DNA from: the human T2T-CHM13v2.0 reference genome, Homo sapiens
Assembly (NCBI RefSeq): GCF_009914755.1
Contig: NC_060927.1
Direction: 5' to 3' (one strand)
Length of the DNA stretch: 64,000 bases
Positions 15,997 to 28,610 of this stretch are shown in pieces (within the stretch, counting starts at the first letter, position 1; each line of letters opens with the position of its first letter). Below the pieces are notes generated by a model, which made no database searches, was not told the origin of the DNA, and worked only from the letters and a program-made list of their open reading frames with translations. The position numbers and the translations under genes were made by a program.

Positions 15997-17564
15997 ATGG
16001 GAAATACCCCAAGTAAGACAGGGACTACAAAAGGCCAAGCAGGCAATAAAATTCTGCCTGACAGTCCCCTAAGCCTTATGCTAAAATGCTGGAAGGATAA
16101 TGAAAGGACCAAACACAGGAAAAGGCAGCAAATGATAAAGTATTGCTGTTTTATTTGGACTAAGGAACCCATCCTCAGACCTTCGGTCTTTTGGCCAAAG
16201 TTTGGGTCAGACAAGGACTGGATATGCCAACTCCTGATCCAGTATGTCAATGATAAAAGTCCAGTTTCTCCAGAGGAGATAGATTATGCTATATGTTGGA
16301 GACAAGGACCTGTCCTTCTTCATCCCCTAAAGGATAAAAAGCAAAACCAAACTCAGTACCCCACAAGGACGACCTAGCTAAGTCAAATTCTATATCTAAA
16401 GAGGCATAGGATCCTCTAGTCCATCTTCCCCTGCCTACTCCTCTGCCCCAAGTTGAATACTCAGTCCCTCCCCCATATAACCCTGCCCCATGGGCCTTGC
16501 CACCCCACATCCCTGCTGGACAGCCACTCGAACATGCCTCTTCCTCAGGAAAGCTCCAGTGAGAAATAGAACAATGCCAAAGGGGTATTCAAAACTTTCC
16601 TTTCCCCTCTTCCTCAAAGAAGTCTGCCCAATCCCTTTTTCCCTTAAGGGAAGTACTGCTAGGAGGAGTGGATATTGGCTATTGGCTTCATAAATGACCC
16701 CCTTAAGCAGTTAGAGCTTATAAATCTAAAAAAGGAAGTCAAGCCACTGTTAGATGACCCTTTTGGAGTTGCAGATCAAATTAACCAATTTCTGGGGCCA
16801 CAACTGTAAACTTGGGCTGAATTAATGTCTGTTCCAGGTATTCTCTTCTCAGAAGAGGAAAGAACCATAAACCACAGGGCTGCTATGAAAGTCTGCGAGT
16901 GCGAACACTCTCCTGGTCAAAATGTCCTTGCAGCGGAGCATAAATGACCAGACACGGATCCTCAGTGGGATAACAACAACGTGGCCCATTCAGAAAACAT
17001 GAGAGATCTCAGAGATTTGATAATTAAAGGGATTCAGGAATCAGTTCCTCTAACCCAAAATATTTCCCAAGCATTTAACGTACAACAAGGGAAAGATGAA
17101 GGGCCCATGGAATTCTTAAACCAACTTAAGGAACAGATAAGAAAATATGGAGGTTTAGACATAGAGGACCCACTGGGATAAGGGATGTTAAAACTCCACT
17201 TTGTCACCAACAGTTGGCCAGACATTACAAGACATTATAAAAGATAGAAAATTGGGAAAAGGTATATGTACAGAGGGAAGAGGAAAGGTGGAAGCAAAAG
17301 GCAAAAATTTTGCTGTCCACCCTACAACAGGGAACTCTTCAACAGGGAGCCCAGGGAAATAGAACTTGTAAATCTTCCAAGTACCCGGCTGCCAGACCCT
17401 ATACAGGAAGCAAAGGGATGAAACCCGACAGTCAGGGAACAGGAAGGGGGAGAGGGGAAAACAGATGTTTCAGGCATGGAAAGCCAGGACACTTTAAGAG
17501 GGAATGTCCCGAATGGGAGAGAGAGAAGGAAGTCCTTCCACTCATGACATTTGAAGAAGAATAA
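15997..17564 (+). pseudogene. gag: ERV gag (stops and frameshifts)
   Basis: MGNTPSKTG myristoylation-type start; matrix-like MIKYCCFIW; MHR QQGKDEGPMEFLNQL; degenerate zinc knuckle CFRHGKPGHFKREC; ends LMTFEEE*. Confidence 0.92.
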
Positions 17565-19482
17565 GTGGTCAGGGGCTCTACATCTTCCATCTCGAGTCCC
17601 ACCAAGAGCCCTTGATAAATTTTACAGTGGGACCCAAATCAGAGATGGCTCACTGACTCAAGAATTTTAAAATATGAAGCTATCTTACTAGAGAGAGATG
17701 ACCTGACACTAACCACTGACAATTCACTCAACCCTGCTGCTTTCCTAAGAGGAAATCCAAACCCGGAAGAACCTGAGCATAAATGCTTAGATCTAATCAG
17801 TTATCAAACTAGAGTCAGACTGGATCTAAGCAAAACCCCCTTCCAAACAGGGCGTCACCTCTTTATAGACGGTTCCTCCCTGGTCATTGGAGGAAAAGGG
17901 CACAACGGGTACTCTGTAGTTGATGGGGAAACCCTTACAAAGGTAGAGTCAGGAAGACTGCCAAATAACTGGTCTGCCTAAATATGTAAACTGCATTAAA
18001 CCAAGCATTAAAATCCCTGCAGAATCAGGAAGGAACTATTTACACTGACTCCAAGTATGCCTTCGGAGTAGTCCATACCTTTGGTAAGATATGGACTAAA
18101 TGAGGCCTCATCAATAGTAAGGGCCAAGATTTGGTCCACAAGGAATTAATTATGCAAGTACTAGAAAATCTTCAGGTGCTGGAAGAAATTGCGTGTCCCA
18201 GGACACAAAAATTGCATGTCCCAGGACACAAAATAACCCATCGTTTGAAAGCCGGGGAAATAACCTCGCTGATGAAATAGCTAAGCAAGCTGCCTCTTCC
18301 CAAGAGGCACCCATTTGCCATCTAACCCCTTGTCCCTCCTATCCAGCTGTGATCCCCATCTTCTCCCTTGCAGACCAAGAGAAACTAAAGAAAATAGGAG
18401 CTAAGGAGAGCCCAGAGGGAAAGTGGGTACTACCAGATGGAAGGGAAATATTGTCACAGCTTCATCAAGGAACTCACTGGGGTCCACAAGCTATGTGCGA
18501 TGCAGCCCTCAGAGTCTACGGGTGTGTAGGGATATATACCCTCACTAGGCAAGTGGCGGATGATTGCATAGTGTGCAGAAAAACTAATAAGCAAACCCTA
18601 AAGAAGCAATCTCTTGGGGGAAGAAACCCAGGGTTGAGGCTGTTCCAAAGCGTCTAAGTTGATTACACTGAAATGCCCCCAATAGGCCACCTCACGTATT
18701 TACTAGTAATAGTAGACTATCTCACCCACTGGGTAGAAGCCATCCCCTTCCCAAGTGCAACGGCCAGTAACGTAGTCAAAGCACTGTTGGAACATATCAT
18801 ACCCAGGTTTGGACTAATAGAGAACGTTGATTCGGACAATGGGACCCACTTCACTGCACACATCATTAAGGGGCTAACCCAAGCACTAGGAATAAAATGG
18901 GAATATCATACTCCGTGGCATCCACCCTCACCAGGGAAGGTATAAAGAATGAATCAAACTCTAAAAAATCACCTAACCAAATTAATCTTTGAAACCCGGT
19001 TACCCTGGACTAAATGCTTTCCCATTGCCTTACTAAGAATCCGAACTGCCCCTTGAAAATATCTTGGCCTGTTCCCTTATGAAATGCTCTACAGGCTGCC
19101 TTATCTAAATTCCATTACTGACCTTCCTACATTTAAAGCAAACAAAAAAATCATTTTCTCAAAAAAAATATGTATTTGGTCTGTCTTCCACCCTTTCCTC
19201 CATCAGGACTCAAGGCCTCCTAGCGCAAACTCCACCCCTCGAATTCCCAGTTCACCAACACCAGCGCAGAGATTATGTCTTTATCAAAAGTTGGAAAGAG
19301 GGAAAGCTCAAACCAACCTGGGAAGGACCTTATCTAGTACTCCTAACCACTGAGACAGCAATCCAATGGCCGAGAAAGGGTGGACCCACCACACTCGAGT
19401 AAAAAGGGCCCCACCCTCTGCAAAGTCATGGACCATCACTCCAGGACCAACGCTCTCCAAACTAACATTCAAAAGGGTTTAA
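17565..19482 (+). pseudogene. pol: ERV pol remnant: protease stub fused to RT tether, RNase H and integrase
   Basis: ESHQEPLINFTVGPK then RWLTDSRILKYEAILL; RNase H LFIDGSS and IYTDSKY; IN HQGTH...CIVC, VDYTE, DSDNG, GKV*RMN. Confidence 0.9.
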
Positions 19483-21381
19483 TCTGTCTTTTCCTTCTTC
19501 CTTTAGCTACAGGAGGACATCTTATCATGAATGTAACCCGCTCACCCTTTCCCCAAACAATTACATTTGATGCTTGTCTTGTCATGCCTTGTGGGGATCT
19601 CCAAAGTCAAAGACACCTAGCTTCCTCAGAAAAATACCTTTGCCCCTCCAGAGAAACTGACACCCCCACCTCTTGCAATTGGTGGGGACACACCTGAAGT
19701 TGGGGATTATGTTATCAGTGGGGCGATGTTCTCTGGACCACTAAATATCAGGGCTGGACCTCCTCAGTGGGTTGCACCGAACTAAAACCCTACCTCCACT
19801 TCATCAAAGGAACTTCTCCCCCAATTGTCGGTCTTATCTTTGCAAACCAGTACTTATCTCTATTAATATCCCTACCTCCACCAACCCTACACCCACTTTA
19901 AAGTGCTTTTATGGCCTGGGAGTGGACATCACTGGAAAGGACCCTATGGGCTTCTTTCAAATGCGCTTTGTTTCTTCTCCTCCATCTCCCACCATTGCTC
20001 CTTCCCCAAACCCACAAAATTAAACCATTTCTTGCTTCATGCCCAAGGACAAAACCAAAGTAGCTGTAGTAGAATTCAAAGACTTAAAGCAAACCCTAGC
20101 CATAGAAACCGGGTATCAAGATGTAAACGCCTGGCTGGAATGGATTAAATATTCCAGTCCCACCCTAAATAACAGCAATTGTTACGCTTGTGCAATGGGC
20201 AGGCCAGAGACGGAAACTGTTCCCTTCCCACTCAGATGGGCCAACCAACCAGGTATGGACTGTATAGTAGCTCTCTTCCAGCACTCCAAAGCCTGGGGAA
20301 ACAAGTCATGTGCCGCTCTTTTACTAATTTTCCCAAAGGTCAGGAGCCCTATGGGACAGCCCCCAAGGCCCATTTGACTTCCAGCTCACAATGCCAATTT
20401 TACCTCATGTCTCTCACGGCAAGGGGAAAATTTGACATTCCTTGGAAACCTGACAGGATGTAGTGGGCCTTAATGTTTTCAAGAGCTCACCAATCAGTCA
20501 GCCCTAGTCCATCGCCAAGTGGATGTGTGGTGGTATTGTGGGAGACCAATACTGGGTACACTGCCAAGCAGTTGGAACAGCGCTTGCACCCTAATCCAAT
20601 TGGCCATCCCTTTCACCTTGGCATTTCATCAACCAGACAAAAAACAGGTAACCTGAAAAAAAATGAGAAACCCCTCATGGGTCCTTTGACCCCCACGTTT
20701 ACATAGACAGTATTGGGGTCCTGCAGGGGGTACAAAATAAATTCAAAGCTCAAAACCAAATAGCTGCTGGGTTTGAGTCTATCTTATTCTGGTGGTCCAC
20801 TATAAACAAAAGTGTAGACTGGATAAATTATATATACTACAGTCAGCAGCAATTTGTCAATTATACCAGAGATGCCATAAAAGGAATAACTGAATAGTTA
20901 GGCCCTACCAGCCAGATGGCCTGGGAAAATAGAATAGCCCTTGACATGATGTTGGCCAAAAAAGGTGGAGTCTGTGTCATGATTGGGGTCCAGCACTGTA
21001 CCTTTATTCCTAATAATACAGCCCCTGATGGGACAATCACAAAAGCCTTACAAGGCCTTATCACCCTACCAAATGAATTAGCCGAAAACTCTGGAATAGA
21101 CGACCCCTTATGGGCCTGATGGAAAGGTGGTTTGGAAAATGGAGGGGACTCATGACCTCAATCTTTACCTCTCTTCCAATTGTTACAGGTGTACTCATTC
21201 TGTGGGCTGCTGTATCATACCTTGTATTCGTGGGTTAACCCAAAGGCTCATAGAAGCAGCTCTCACAAAAACCTTCCCCACCTCTCCCACTACGTACTCA
21301 GATAAGCTCTTGCTCCTAGATAATCAAGAACAACAACAAGGCCGAATCCTATTGAAGAAATTTGAAGAGGAAGAACTGTAA
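19380..21381 (+). pseudogene. env: ERV env (HERV-I/P(b)-like), disrupted
   Basis: signal-like GLICLFLLPLATGG; SU NSNCYAC; TM WENRIALDMMLAKKGGVC...CTFIPNNT; many stops and frameshifts. Confidence 0.9.
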
Positions 21382-21398
21382 AATAGAAGAGGGGAAAT
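21381..21398 (+). other. Polypurine tract
   Basis: aaatagaagaggggaaat immediately before the 3' LTR. Confidence 0.85.
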
Positions 21399-21735
21399 TG
21401 TTAGGACAACTACATTCCTCTTCAAAGACTTAACTTCCTGCCACCTGTGAATAAACTCTACTCCCTTCCTGCAAATTACGTGTTAACCCTATTTGGAAAG
21501 GTTTAAGTCTTAGTCAGGTCAGCTTAGATTGTGTGGTCCAACCTCAGCCAATAGGGGAAGGACACAGAAACAGGAACTGTGTTAGGGTTAAAAACCCCCT
21601 TCCCTCCTTTGTTTGGTGTGCTCTTGTGATTGTAACAGGCACAAGCAGCACCCTTCTGCAGAAGTAAAGGTGCCTTGCTGAGAAATTTTCTAAGTGTGGG
21701 TTTCTTTTGGCTATGCCGAGCACTTGTTTACAACA
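21399..21735 (+). repeat. 3' LTR (337 bp)
   Basis: tgttagga...tacaaca, direct repeat of the 5' LTR. Confidence 0.95.
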
Positions 21736-23799
21736 GGAATGTTATACTATTTCAGGCATCATTCCTGTTGAGTTTACCCATGGTTAGAAATGTAAGGGAG
21801 TCCATGGAATAGAAATGAGAGAAGAATTAAAGTTCTTTGTAAACTCTAAATGCTAATGTTGTTTATTATCATTATTGGTATCTAAAATGCCATAGACCCT
21901 CCCTCAGTGCTTCTCTTTCCTATGCATTGAGTCAGGGAATAGGGCTTTGTCACTTGGTGACTTACATGCTTATATTTCCCCAGGAGAAGCCCAACCCCAT
22001 CCTTCTAGATTCATTAGGTCCTAGTTCTGCTCTTCCTCCCCTTAGTCATATCAACAGCCATACACACTGCCCCAGGCAACTCCTCTAATTTTCCACCTCT
22101 GAGTCATCTTGAGTTACAAATGGATGATGGAAGGTCACATAATTTTTGTTTTATTATAAAGAGGAAAAATGAGGGAGCATTTATTCTTGCAGTCACTCTG
22201 TGCTCCTCAAATGTTGCTCTGGCTCAGGTATGGGAGAGGAGGGTGTGGTTGGAATCATGCCTCAAGTCCCCCCAAGTTCTCAGGGCAGCCTCTGTTTCTC
22301 CTCGGCTCTCCTCTTCCAGCCCTTCTAAAGGCTTCTCTTTCTTTCTCTGACATCCTGTTAGTATGAACTCATGTAAGCTATTTAATGAGCCAGGCAGCGT
22401 TATCCAATTTTTATAAATTGAATGATAGCGGTTTATGAGAAAACAGCCATGATTATGAAAAGTGCCAAGAATATTAAGTTCTGCACTGCTGCTTTTGAAT
22501 TGGCCTTTATTAAAAACTGATTATAATTCTTCTGGGGTCAGTGCTGCTAAAAGTATTAAAAATTGACCTGGAAATTCTGTACTTTCATGATGCCTGTTTT
22601 CCCCAGTTATTTGTTTTCAGCCAGATAATTTGATATATCTGAAGATATGTTGCATTTGCCATAGTTCATAAACTTTATTTTCAGTTGCTGCACCCTGGAA
22701 ACCCAAGATACTCAGAACATTGTTATTTATATTGAGAGAAAAAGATTTTCTTTTAATCAATCAGATTTACTTTAGCAGTAATTAGGTCAGCTGGAACAAA
22801 TCTGCATTTTCTTAACATTTTTAGTGGTGGTGAAATGAGAACTACTGTGTCCCATAATTATGCATTCAGATATTATACTATCAAAAAACACCAAATTAAG
22901 AAAAAACAATGAAATGAAATGGACAAATCCGAGAAAACTCTCTTCTTCCTCTGCCACTCACCTTCCCCCTTTTCTGGCTATTTGAGCATAAGCAGTTTCA
23001 CTATTGTCCAGGAGAGTTTAAATTTTACTTCTTGTTAGGGTGACTATTATGAACTTCTCCCTAACTGAAGATTTTGTGTTCTGAAGTCATTGTGTTCTTA
23101 GGCTGTGGTCCAAAGTGACTTCATTTTCTGGTTGCTGGGATTTAACAGAGACTTAATGTAAGGGCTGCAGCTTTGTGAGCCAAAGATGTCTTTTTTTTCT
23201 GACTCATATTAAATAGGACTGAAGCGTGTGTTAAGATGCCCATCAAATTTCTCCAAAATTTCAATTAAGTATTGCAGAACTCTACTTGGCCAACGATGGG
23301 GTAATTAAAATGTACATTATGGATCTGATAGATTTAATGAATTGGCATTGTGAAAGAACAGGAACAGCTACTAAAATTCCAAAAATAACAGTTCTTGGAG
23401 AACAGTTCTCGGAGAACAGTTCTCAATCTCAAATTAAATACATCAAAATTAATTTTAGCTGTTTCAGGAAGGTGACATGAGAGCCATTTCAGTTTTTTTA
23501 AAATGGGTTTGAATGGAATGACAAAAGCATTCCATTCATCTTTGAAATTCTAGAGTTTCAAAAAGGAAATGAAGAGTTTACTAATTGAGAGCCTGTCCAT
23601 TAAGAATGGATGCAGCCGTCTTAGCAACTAACATCAAGCCATCCAGTAACTGACATCACTGTGAACCAGAAAGTCAGCACTCCTGGGAGAGCCTGTGCTA
23701 GAAGAAAATAGTCACTTAAAAGTTATCCCTCAAGGTAGTTACTCTTGCCTTCAGGATGAAAAAAAAAAATGTTTCAGAAGTCACTTTAAAAGAGGATCC

Positions 23800-24130
23800 A
23801 AGATATACAAAAAAGATTTTTGTAGAAAGGAGTTCAGTGCAGCATTACTTATTAGAGTGAGAAATCAGAAACAGCCAAATAGAAAGTAGAGGACTGGTTA
23901 AACAAATTATGATACATTCACATAATTGAATACTATGCAATCATAAAATAATGTTATGCTGCAGTCATATTAAAGTTCATAAGAAAATGTTATAATATAT
24001 TAAGTTAATTATTATATACAAAGAGAAAAAAGCAGGCTATAAAATAGTAGACTCCAAAATTTAATAGTGGCTATCTCTAAGGCAGGGCCAAAATACCTGA
24101 TTTTTTTTTCTCCTTTACCCTTCCTATATT
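23800..24130 (+). mobile_element. L1ME-type 3' fragment
   Basis: gttcagtgcagcattactt...tggttaaacaaattatgatacattcac...tactatgcaatcataaaa. Confidence 0.65.
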
Positions 24131-25057
24131 TTTCTTAGTAATTAAAGAAGGAGCAATAAATGTCATAAAAAGACACTTCATTTGCAAGTCTGCTGAGAGA
24201 TAGCACATATTTTAATTCCTTATTTTTCGACTAGAACTTAAATTACTTGGCTTTTCAGAAATACATCTACTTCCTACATTTCTCATCAATTAAAAAAATA
24301 TCTGTCACTTCCTATCATATTTGGAAGGCTTCTGCTTTCTACTTAGGCAATACTTTGGGGAAGTTAAATTTGATTGTGCCAAAGTTGTCAAAATGGCCTT
24401 AATTTTGTTTCAGTGAAGTATCTTTAAAAGTTGTTAGGTGGTGTCAATAAGCTGTTTAATTGGTCAAGAGGTCACAAGGCCTGCAATAAAACACCTCTTT
24501 ATTACGCAAAAATCTTCATGGACAAACTCCATCCTCAAAGCAACATGAAAACCCCAGAAACTGAAAAGAAGACACAAGTGCTGAGCCAGGGACCTCCTGC
24601 ATGCAGAACACAGATCAAATTACTTGACTGAAGATGCAGAAGAGAGGATTCCATCAGTAAGACTGTGTGCTGGGGAAAGAGCAGGCCTTAGGTCAATACA
24701 TTCCTGTGTAGGAGGAGCCCTGTCCACTGCAATTTCACAGCACAAATGAGAATGACTCTTGGTTAGATGGGAAATTCCATTAAACTCTGTTATGCAAGAA
24801 TGTCAGGAAACAGTGTTATTATACTAGCTGCCCCAGATTTCAGACACATATGTTGAGGGAAACCACATTTTAAAGACTACAAAATCTCAGTGATCTCATC
24901 TCATCCCTCTTTCTACTACACACACACACACACATATACACACAAACATGCATGCACGTATGTACACACATGACAGGGGAAAGAGAAACATTTTAAGATC
25001 ATAGATTATTATGGCAATAGCTGAATTCTCAGTATTCTCTCCTGTCACATCATTCTT

Positions 25058-26243
25058 TTCTTTTCTTTTTTTTTAAAGATCAGATGTATTTGGAGAAAAC
25101 AAAAAACCCACAACCCAAAGGATGGGATTTCACATCTCAAGACATCTCCCAGGTAATAAGTCTACAGATTACAAATCATTTTCATAGAAAATATTTTTGT
25201 ACAAATTATACAGGTATTCAGGAGCTGGGTCATTAATCAATCCCCATTTCTATTTTAACAGGGGGGCAAGGTAGGGGAGAGGGAAAAACAGTTTTGGATA
25301 CAACTATTTGGAAGGAGAGTAGATATGAAGAGGGCAAACCCTAGTTTTTCATTACCTACAATCAATGTTTTTTTTCTTTAAAAAAAAATCTTTCAATCTT
25401 CAGTATCTCTTTAAAAGCCCACTTCTTACCTACTAGCCAATCCACCCCAATTATTTAAATTCACTTGGTACACACCTTTGTCCACCAGGTAAATTATATT
25501 CATTATGCCCACTGCTGCAGCACACATAAACCAACACCCCTGCATGGCTGAACAGGGCCTAATCTAGGACTGATGGGAGAAGTGCTTGCAAACCAAGATC
25601 AAGGTGTCATTTCTCTGCTAATACTGTCTACCAAGCTGATCCCTACAAAAACGCACATAAAAGCAGGCAAGTTTAGCTACTGTGTTGCAAGAGAAACCAG
25701 GACCTTGTTAAATAGTTCTCTCCATTACCATTTATTCTCTCAAGGGAAGCTTAAAAAAAAAAAAGAAAAAGAAAAAGAAAAAACAACGCATTGGTCTGGC
25801 CACCTCATAAATCCCACAAGCATTGGTGTGGCATTTCAGTGGAGAAGGAAACTTGGGGTGGGGAAAAACCCATTAAGGTTGTAAAAAAGGCTCCCAATTT
25901 AACTGTCCCTGTCCCTATTTATCCACCTTTATTCACCACCCAAGACCATTCATTACCCTAGAGCCCTCTGATCTATAAAAGGGGTCAAAGCATCAGGAGC
26001 AGGGAAGGAGTGAGAACCAAAAGACATCAAGAAACTGATTTGCTTGAGAAAAGCAGCGATTCTTCCTTTCATAGCTCTCCATGGCTGAGAGAGAAAATGC
26101 CCAAGAGATCATCTATGTGACTTAGAGACTGCTTTTTGGGACGTCAAGAGTAGCATGAAGAACTTAAGATAATGACAAGAGCCTAAATATTTAAAGTTTC
26201 AAGGTTTCAACAGAATGTGGATGTATTTGAACTTTCAAAAATG
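25058..26243 (-). pseudogene. EIF4B: 5'-truncated processed retrocopy of an mRNA 3'UTR, probably EIF4B
   Basis: 18-bp TSD tcctgtcacatc(a/t)ttctt at 25040-25057 and 26244-26261; poly-A remnant (T tract to 25074) with AATACA just upstream on minus strand; parent recalled from memory, unverified. Confidence 0.65.
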
Positions 26244-26589
26244 TCCTGTCACATCTTTCTTCCCATTACCTGGAGCTCCTCCTTTTCCCAGGCATTCATA
26301 TTTCTTACCTCCTCCCCACCCGCTGCACAAATTTGATTGCATGAAGGATAAGGGGGCAGCATTTCTTTCTGCTTCTGGTCCTGGTTGCCCAGGTTGCATG
26401 GTATAGGGAAGGAGGCAGCAGAAACTCTAGGCCACAGAGGTGTGGCTGGCTGCTCTAGGGTGGTGAGATACAAGAGACTGCAGGTGCTTGGTGCCCATAT
26501 CATGGAGTTAAGGAGCCCCAGGTCAGTGAGGGAAGAGTAAAGTGAGGAAGAGTAGGGATGGGAGAGAAAAGGTTAATAACGTGAGCAAG

Positions 26590-27960
26590 ATCAGCTGGAT
26601 ATAACAGTCTAAGTTGGAAGTTTTTTTTCCTTCACGACTTTAAAGACTGCTTTCTCCATTGCTTTGTAGCATTTAGAGTTGCTGCTGAGAAGTCTCATAG
26701 TGTTATTCTTTTTGATAATCTGAGTTTTCTTCCTGTCACATGTAAGATTTCCTCGTACTCTTTATGTTCTAAGTCTCATTACAATGCTCCTAGGTGGGAA
26801 TTTATTTTTATTTATTCTTCTGGTATCAAGAGAGAACTTTCAATCTGAGATTTATGTCTTTTGAACTGGATAATTCTTAGGACAAAAGCTCTCATGTTAA
26901 GCATCTTATGTTCCTTCTCTGTCATTCTTTTCATTCTCTTTTTCTGGATCCATATGCATGTAACCACTCATTCATATATTTGAACTCTTTGTCTTTCTGT
27001 GTTGAATTTGGTGTGAACTCCTCCTTATGATCTTCCCATTCACCAGAACTTCCCTTACTGAGTCTAGAGTTCATTCCATCTATTAAGTATTTTTTAAAAT
27101 ATCAAGGGCTATATTTCTATTTGGTTATTTTTGCATATTTATCTCTTCTCGCTTTATTTTTGCCTATTTTAGTTCCATGACGGCTAGTTCTTTTTATAAT
27201 CGTTATTCTCTTATGGGTTTCTTTAAGCTTCCTTGTTTTAACCAATATGTCACACTGTTCATTAAAGTTAATTTCCTTCTGGAGTGAGTTCATGTTCTGA
27301 ATGAATTTGTGTTCTGAATTCATGTTCTGATTTCATATTTTATTGAGTATATTTTTTTCAGGATTAGATTTCGTGAATTTTGCAATTTTGATTTGCAGGT
27401 TTATTTTAAAATGTTTTTTGTTGTTTTCAGTCTTTTTGTCTCTCCTCTGTCCCTGTGACTGTTTCTCTAAATCCAGTGGTTTTGTGGGTGTCTTTTCACC
27501 CGGCTTTCTGGAATTCCATGTCAGAACCAGGTGCTATAAATGCAGCTCAAGGCTCTAGGTCATGACAATGTCACAGATATCTCAGGTCCAGTCACCAAGC
27601 CAACATGTGGCTTGGGTCTTTTTCTGGTTTCAAGACTGCATCTGTATCCTCACACCTCCCTGGGCCCACAGATTCCATAAGTCATAGCTCGGTCTAAGAG
27701 CAATGCTTCAAATTCAGGTCCCTTTTCTCAGGTGGAGTAGTAGACTTCCCGTCACCCAGCCACCGCCACCTGATTCTGGACCTGGAGCCAGCAGGCCCGT
27801 GGCTTCAGCCCAACTCACTCTTTTGTATTCTATTGCTTATTCTCATCATGGAAATAATCATCTTTTTTTTTTTGTCTTGAACTCTGCAATGTCATCATTT
27901 TTTTGTTTTTTTTTTCTAGTTTATCCATCTTTGCCATGTGCTTGGGGAAGAATGGCAATG
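26590..27960 (-). mobile_element. Old L1M(E) fragment, ORF1/5' region
   Basis: gttgctgctgagaagtct... with T-rich antisense L1 texture. Confidence 0.6.
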
Positions 27961-28028
27961 CGAAAGTGTGAGCTTCCCGTCCCAGCTTATTAGAAGCCCA
28001 CAGCTGTTTTTAAAAAATCTACCTTTCC

Positions 28029-28370
<342 letters not shown>

Positions 28371-28466
28371 TTAGTACATAGGCCATGGGCTGTCATGCTT
28401 AAAAACTGAATGGGAATTTTGTCTTTAGCAGTGTTAGGACGACTGGCTGATTATAAAAATAATAGG

Positions 28467-28610
28467 AGCCGGGCACAATGGTTCACACCTATAGTCCCAG
28501 CACTTTGGGAGGCTGAGGCAGGAGGATTGCTTGAGGCCAGGAATTTGAGACAAGCCTGATCAACATAGTAAGACCCCATCTCTATATTAAACAATAAAAA
28601 TAATAATAAT
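28467..28610 (+). mobile_element. Alu left monomer (FLAM-like)
   Basis: single monomer with (AAT)n tail. Confidence 0.88.

Larger units (their letters stand above)
15085..21735 (+). mobile_element. Class I endogenous retrovirus, HERV-IP/LTR10-related, defective provirus
   Basis: two TG...CA LTRs, GGAA TSD (15081-15084 and 21736-21739), PBS, gag, RNase H-IN, env, PPT. Confidence 0.95.

Noticed and set aside
18193-18657. 154-aa ORF, the longest in the track
   Set aside because: It is a pol fragment with a non-ATG start inside the 23-bp duplication and ends at a premature stop.
19380-21381. Possible domesticated (syncytin-like) env gene
   Set aside because: Broken into several short frames by stops and frameshifts; the furin site and CX6CC motif are degenerate.
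23388-23424. GRE, HSE or STAT element
   Set aside because: Half-site spacing fits none of AGAACAnnnTGTTCT, nGAAnnTTCn or TTCnnnGAA.
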